A DNA stretch of 43,422 nucleotides, filler included, from Jimgerdemannia flammicorona (taxonomy: Eukaryota): NCBI GenBank assembly GCA_003990765.1. It is 2 parts of 2 records of this genome, joined end to end, with 100 filler letters (N's around TTAATTAATTAA, not from the genome) between each part and the next. Parts side by side here need not be neighbours in the genome. Positions count along the whole stretch, not along the records: positions 21,768 to 43,422 come from RBNJ01001411.1; 1 more part is not named here. One strand, written 5' to 3'. The notes below the pieces were generated by a model. The model saw nothing but the letters and a program-made list of their open reading frames with translations, did not search any database and was not told where the DNA came from. Position 1 is the stretch's first letter, and each line of letters starts with the position of its first letter. The translations under genes were made by a program, and so were the position numbers. Positions 40,301-43,422 of this stretch are shown here, one piece after another.

Positions 40301-41818
40301 TTATCACAGAAGACAGCCTCTCCTTATAAGTCACCAGATTAGAGTATAAGAAGATCATACAGTATGACTTACTCAGGCTACAAGATGAATAATGATGACT
40401 AACCATAAGTTATCATGACTACAAGATAGACATCTCAAGGAATATAAAAGAAGGACTAAGGAACTGCAGCAGCAGCAACTCAGACAAGACTCATAAAATC
40501 CTGAAATAGTTCAAAGACTCAATATAAACAAAATGCCTGCTGCCTGCTAAATATTAAGATCCAGAAACTACCAAGGCTCCTCAGTCTAAGAAAGAATATT
40601 CCAAGACATTAGAAGAGCCATGAGGACCTATACCAGAAGGACTTCTAGCCTTAATCTGGATACTGGTGACCCTTATCACTTTATCTTCTACTGCTATAAA
40701 ATAGAAATAAGGATCACTATCACTATCAAATATCTCTAGATATGATAGAAATATGAAATAGAAAACCTCCTCTGCTAGGAATTCCCTCAGACCAGTCCCC
40801 AAGAGATATAAGATATCACCCCTATAGATATATATAAAATAAGAATAGCTAAGAAGATTCATCAGATCTTCAGACATATACTATAGTCAATTCCCAACTT
40901 AGAGTATACTAGAGTCTCAAACTTCAAGGAATTGTCAGCCTGCTACACAAATGCACTAGAGGCCATAGTAGCCATAAGAGTCCAATCCACTATCACCCTC
41001 AATAGTGATGAGATAGAAGAGTTCTGAAATTCTATTCTCCAGGACAATCTAGATCAATTCTTACAAAGATTGATCTCAGTATTTCAAGGCCCTAGCATCT
41101 AGATTAGATCTCCCCAAGACCTCACATTTGTCTCTTATTTTGTAGAAGAGAATGTCATAGACTGGATCTTCTTGCTCTCCTCTTTGCTGCTGCTAAATGT
41201 AATGATGTCATCCTGCTAATTGGTAATATGTGCAAAATATGCAAAATGGACAAAATATTTGCTGATCTCATCTCCTTTGAAGACATCCTGTCCCCAATCT
41301 CTAACCTTGATAATAGTGACAAAGATGAAGCCCTCAGAGTTTTGAACATTCTGCTCTGAGTTTCTTATATAACTATTTATCTGAATATCTAAACCTTCTG
41401 ATATCCCTTTCTTGTACAACTGAAATCTACTGGCATTCTGAACTTATGCAACTCTTTGTACAGATACTCAAATTTGTACTTACAACTAAAATTTTCTGTA
41501 TTCTAGTATCTTATTTATTTGGTTATTGGAATTTATATTTGGCTTTATATCTTAGCAAACATTAAATTATATTTTGTATAAATACCCCTCTCATTTTTAT
41601 TAAAATAAAGTTAATTCTCTCAGTTCACTTATACTCAATTCTATGCAAGCAATCTAAAAGACAATAAGACAGTTTAAAGATAAAAAGTTTGAGAACTATA
41701 AGATCTTAAGAAGATACTCCAATAAGAACTTACTTATAACAAACTTATAGTTAGTCTAAGAGATACACCTTGAAGAGAATCTGATATATTTGAAGGACTT
41801 AGCATCTACTATATAATA
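34329..41818 (+). mobile_element. Near-complete degenerate Ty3/Gypsy element C: 3' part of 5' LTR (34329-34560), gag, PR, dUTPase, RT, RH, IN, an extra 3' region and 3' LTR ending at 41818
   Basis: 34329-34560 matches 41585-41818. Motifs CFKCREEGH, AIIDTSAG, SPWTSPIVLAPKKG, YIDYRKLN, YIDN (37901), QTDHSAL and IERTNKTLK; pol ends VHRNKLKKYH at about 39900. Confidence 0.9.
36795..37218 (+). pseudogene. dUTPase domain within element C pol
   Basis: KIPEYKTEGAIEIDL, KTRSSLAK, GGVIDPNYTGEI, RIDQMLI and KRGEQDFEFTR correspond to motifs I-V in order. Confidence 0.9.
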
Positions 41819-43107
41819 ATACAAAGGATATAACTATGTATGATTTGTATGACAATAAGGTGATAATAGCTTCAAAATATAGTAATCTTTATATGACCAA
41901 TGAGATATCAAATAACATAAAAGCCTCTATATATTATAATATATCTGGCTCAATAGAGGCAAATTACAAGGTTGGGGATTGATATAGTTTGGCTTAAGCC
42001 CCTAGTTATTTTGTCAAAAAGTAACAAAATGTTCTAAGATTCTATTGGTGTTTAGTGGTATAATATTTAAGTCTAGATATAATAGTTGATTTGTATTTTA
42101 ATTTCCTTATTAGGGTAGTTCTCTGGATGTAGCAACAATTTGCATAATACAGATAGTTTATATGATAGTTTCTGTATAGTGTAAGTAGATTCCTTATATA
42201 AGATGATCTGATAATTTAGCAGTTTCCTTCTTAAGTGGTGACAATTTCTTGTATAACATGATGATCTCCAAAAGTATACGTTTCTGGTATAATGATCTTG
42301 ATGTGACAATCTCTATATGGTATAATGAGTTTCTTATATATGATAATCTGATAATTTAATAGTCTTCCTTATGTAGATTTAGCAGATAACTTGATTGGGT
42401 GCAGATTCTCTTAAATTGGCAGACTTCTTGAATGTTGCAGATTCTCCTAAATTAGCTCACTAAGAATTATACTGGTGGCAGATTCTTCCTGAATCAGCAG
42501 TTTACTGGGAATAGAGAATGATATGGATTCTGTCTGAATTAGGCTTACTAGAAATAGGTAAATAACTCAGATATTGCAAATTCTTCCTAAATTGGCTCTT
42601 CTGAGAATATGAGATAACTTGATAATAGTGGATGATGTAGACAGCAGATTCTTGGCAAGTTATGTCAAAGACTGGCTTCATTTGTACAAATAAATCACTG
42701 TGAAGTTACATCAGAAGACTAACTTGTGACAGAAATAGTAGGCTCTTTTGGAAATGGTAGACTTCTTTTAAAAATGATGGCAAAGTTCTTCACTTGAACT
42801 TGGCAGCAAACTCAGATTCTTCAGACTTATCTGGCAAGTGTACCAATCAATTTTTATATTAGAAAGTGGACCAGAGTGGGGAAAAGGGACTAATACTCAA
42901 TCTTTAGAGGCTTCTTTAGTTTACTTCAACTTTTTGAACTGAGGTTTTATTCACTCTTATCTCTGAGATATTTTATACAGTTATGGTTACTACTGATTAC
43001 TATGTTGCTAACTATAGATTGCTATCTATGGCAAGTATTTCTAGATAGTATAGTATATCTACTTGGTATAGTATATCTACTCAGTATGGTGTACCCACTC
43101 AGTATAG

Positions 43108-43422
43108 TATCACGTAGTGGTCGCTGAGTCATTCAAATATGCCAGATTCTCTTCAAGGTGTATCTCTTAGACTAACTCAAGTTGTTATAAGCAAGTTCTT
43201 ATTGTAGTGCCTTCCCAAGGTCTTATAGTCCTCAAACTTCTTATCTTTAACTGTCTTGTTATCTCTTAGATTGCTTGCAAGAGATTGTGTATTGCACTGA
43301 ACTTGACTGACTTTATTTCAGAGGAAATAAGAGAGGTATTTATACAAAATATAATTCAATGGTTGCTAAGATATAAAGCTAAATATAAATTCCAATAACT
43401 AAAACTACTGAGTTCCAGGGCT
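43108..43422 (-). mobile_element. Inverted LTR fragment of the element C family, running off the window
   Basis: The reverse complement matches about 41510-41818 (tatcacgtag = LTR 3' end; gtatttatac = TATA box). Confidence 0.85.

Overview
Eukaryotic, almost certainly fungal, DNA with short GT-AG introns. A Mucoromycota host such as Endogonales is inferred from the introns, the TE types and the Mollicutes-like insert. The window has two compartments. 1-11 kb is CpG-rich and genic: the 3' end of an acidic tandem-repeat protein gene with a C-terminal hydrophobic helix, then a tandem segmental duplication (about 3.2-6.0 kb and 8.3-11.0 kb). The duplicated unit carries an intronless gene with four tandem LOTUS/OST-HTH-like domains (one intact copy; one pseudogene with an internal inversion) and an alpha/beta-hydrolase pseudogene. 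A Trf4/PAPD5-like nucleotidyltransferase pseudogene lies just downstream of the intact LOTUS copy. From about 11.04 kb onward the DNA is nearly CpG-free, transition-riddled nested mobile DNA. It includes a Sola-type transposase relic, about 2 kb of compact AT-rich Mollicutes-endobacterium-like genes, an L1/Tx1-like LINE, an assembly gap and three nested or adjacent 1.5-kb LTRs (two solo LTRs with 5-bp TSDs). It also holds two Ty3/Gypsy elements that encode a dUTPase between protease and RT, a chromovirus 3' half inserted into an LTR, and further LTR fragments. All calls come from reading the sequence by eye; no searches were run.
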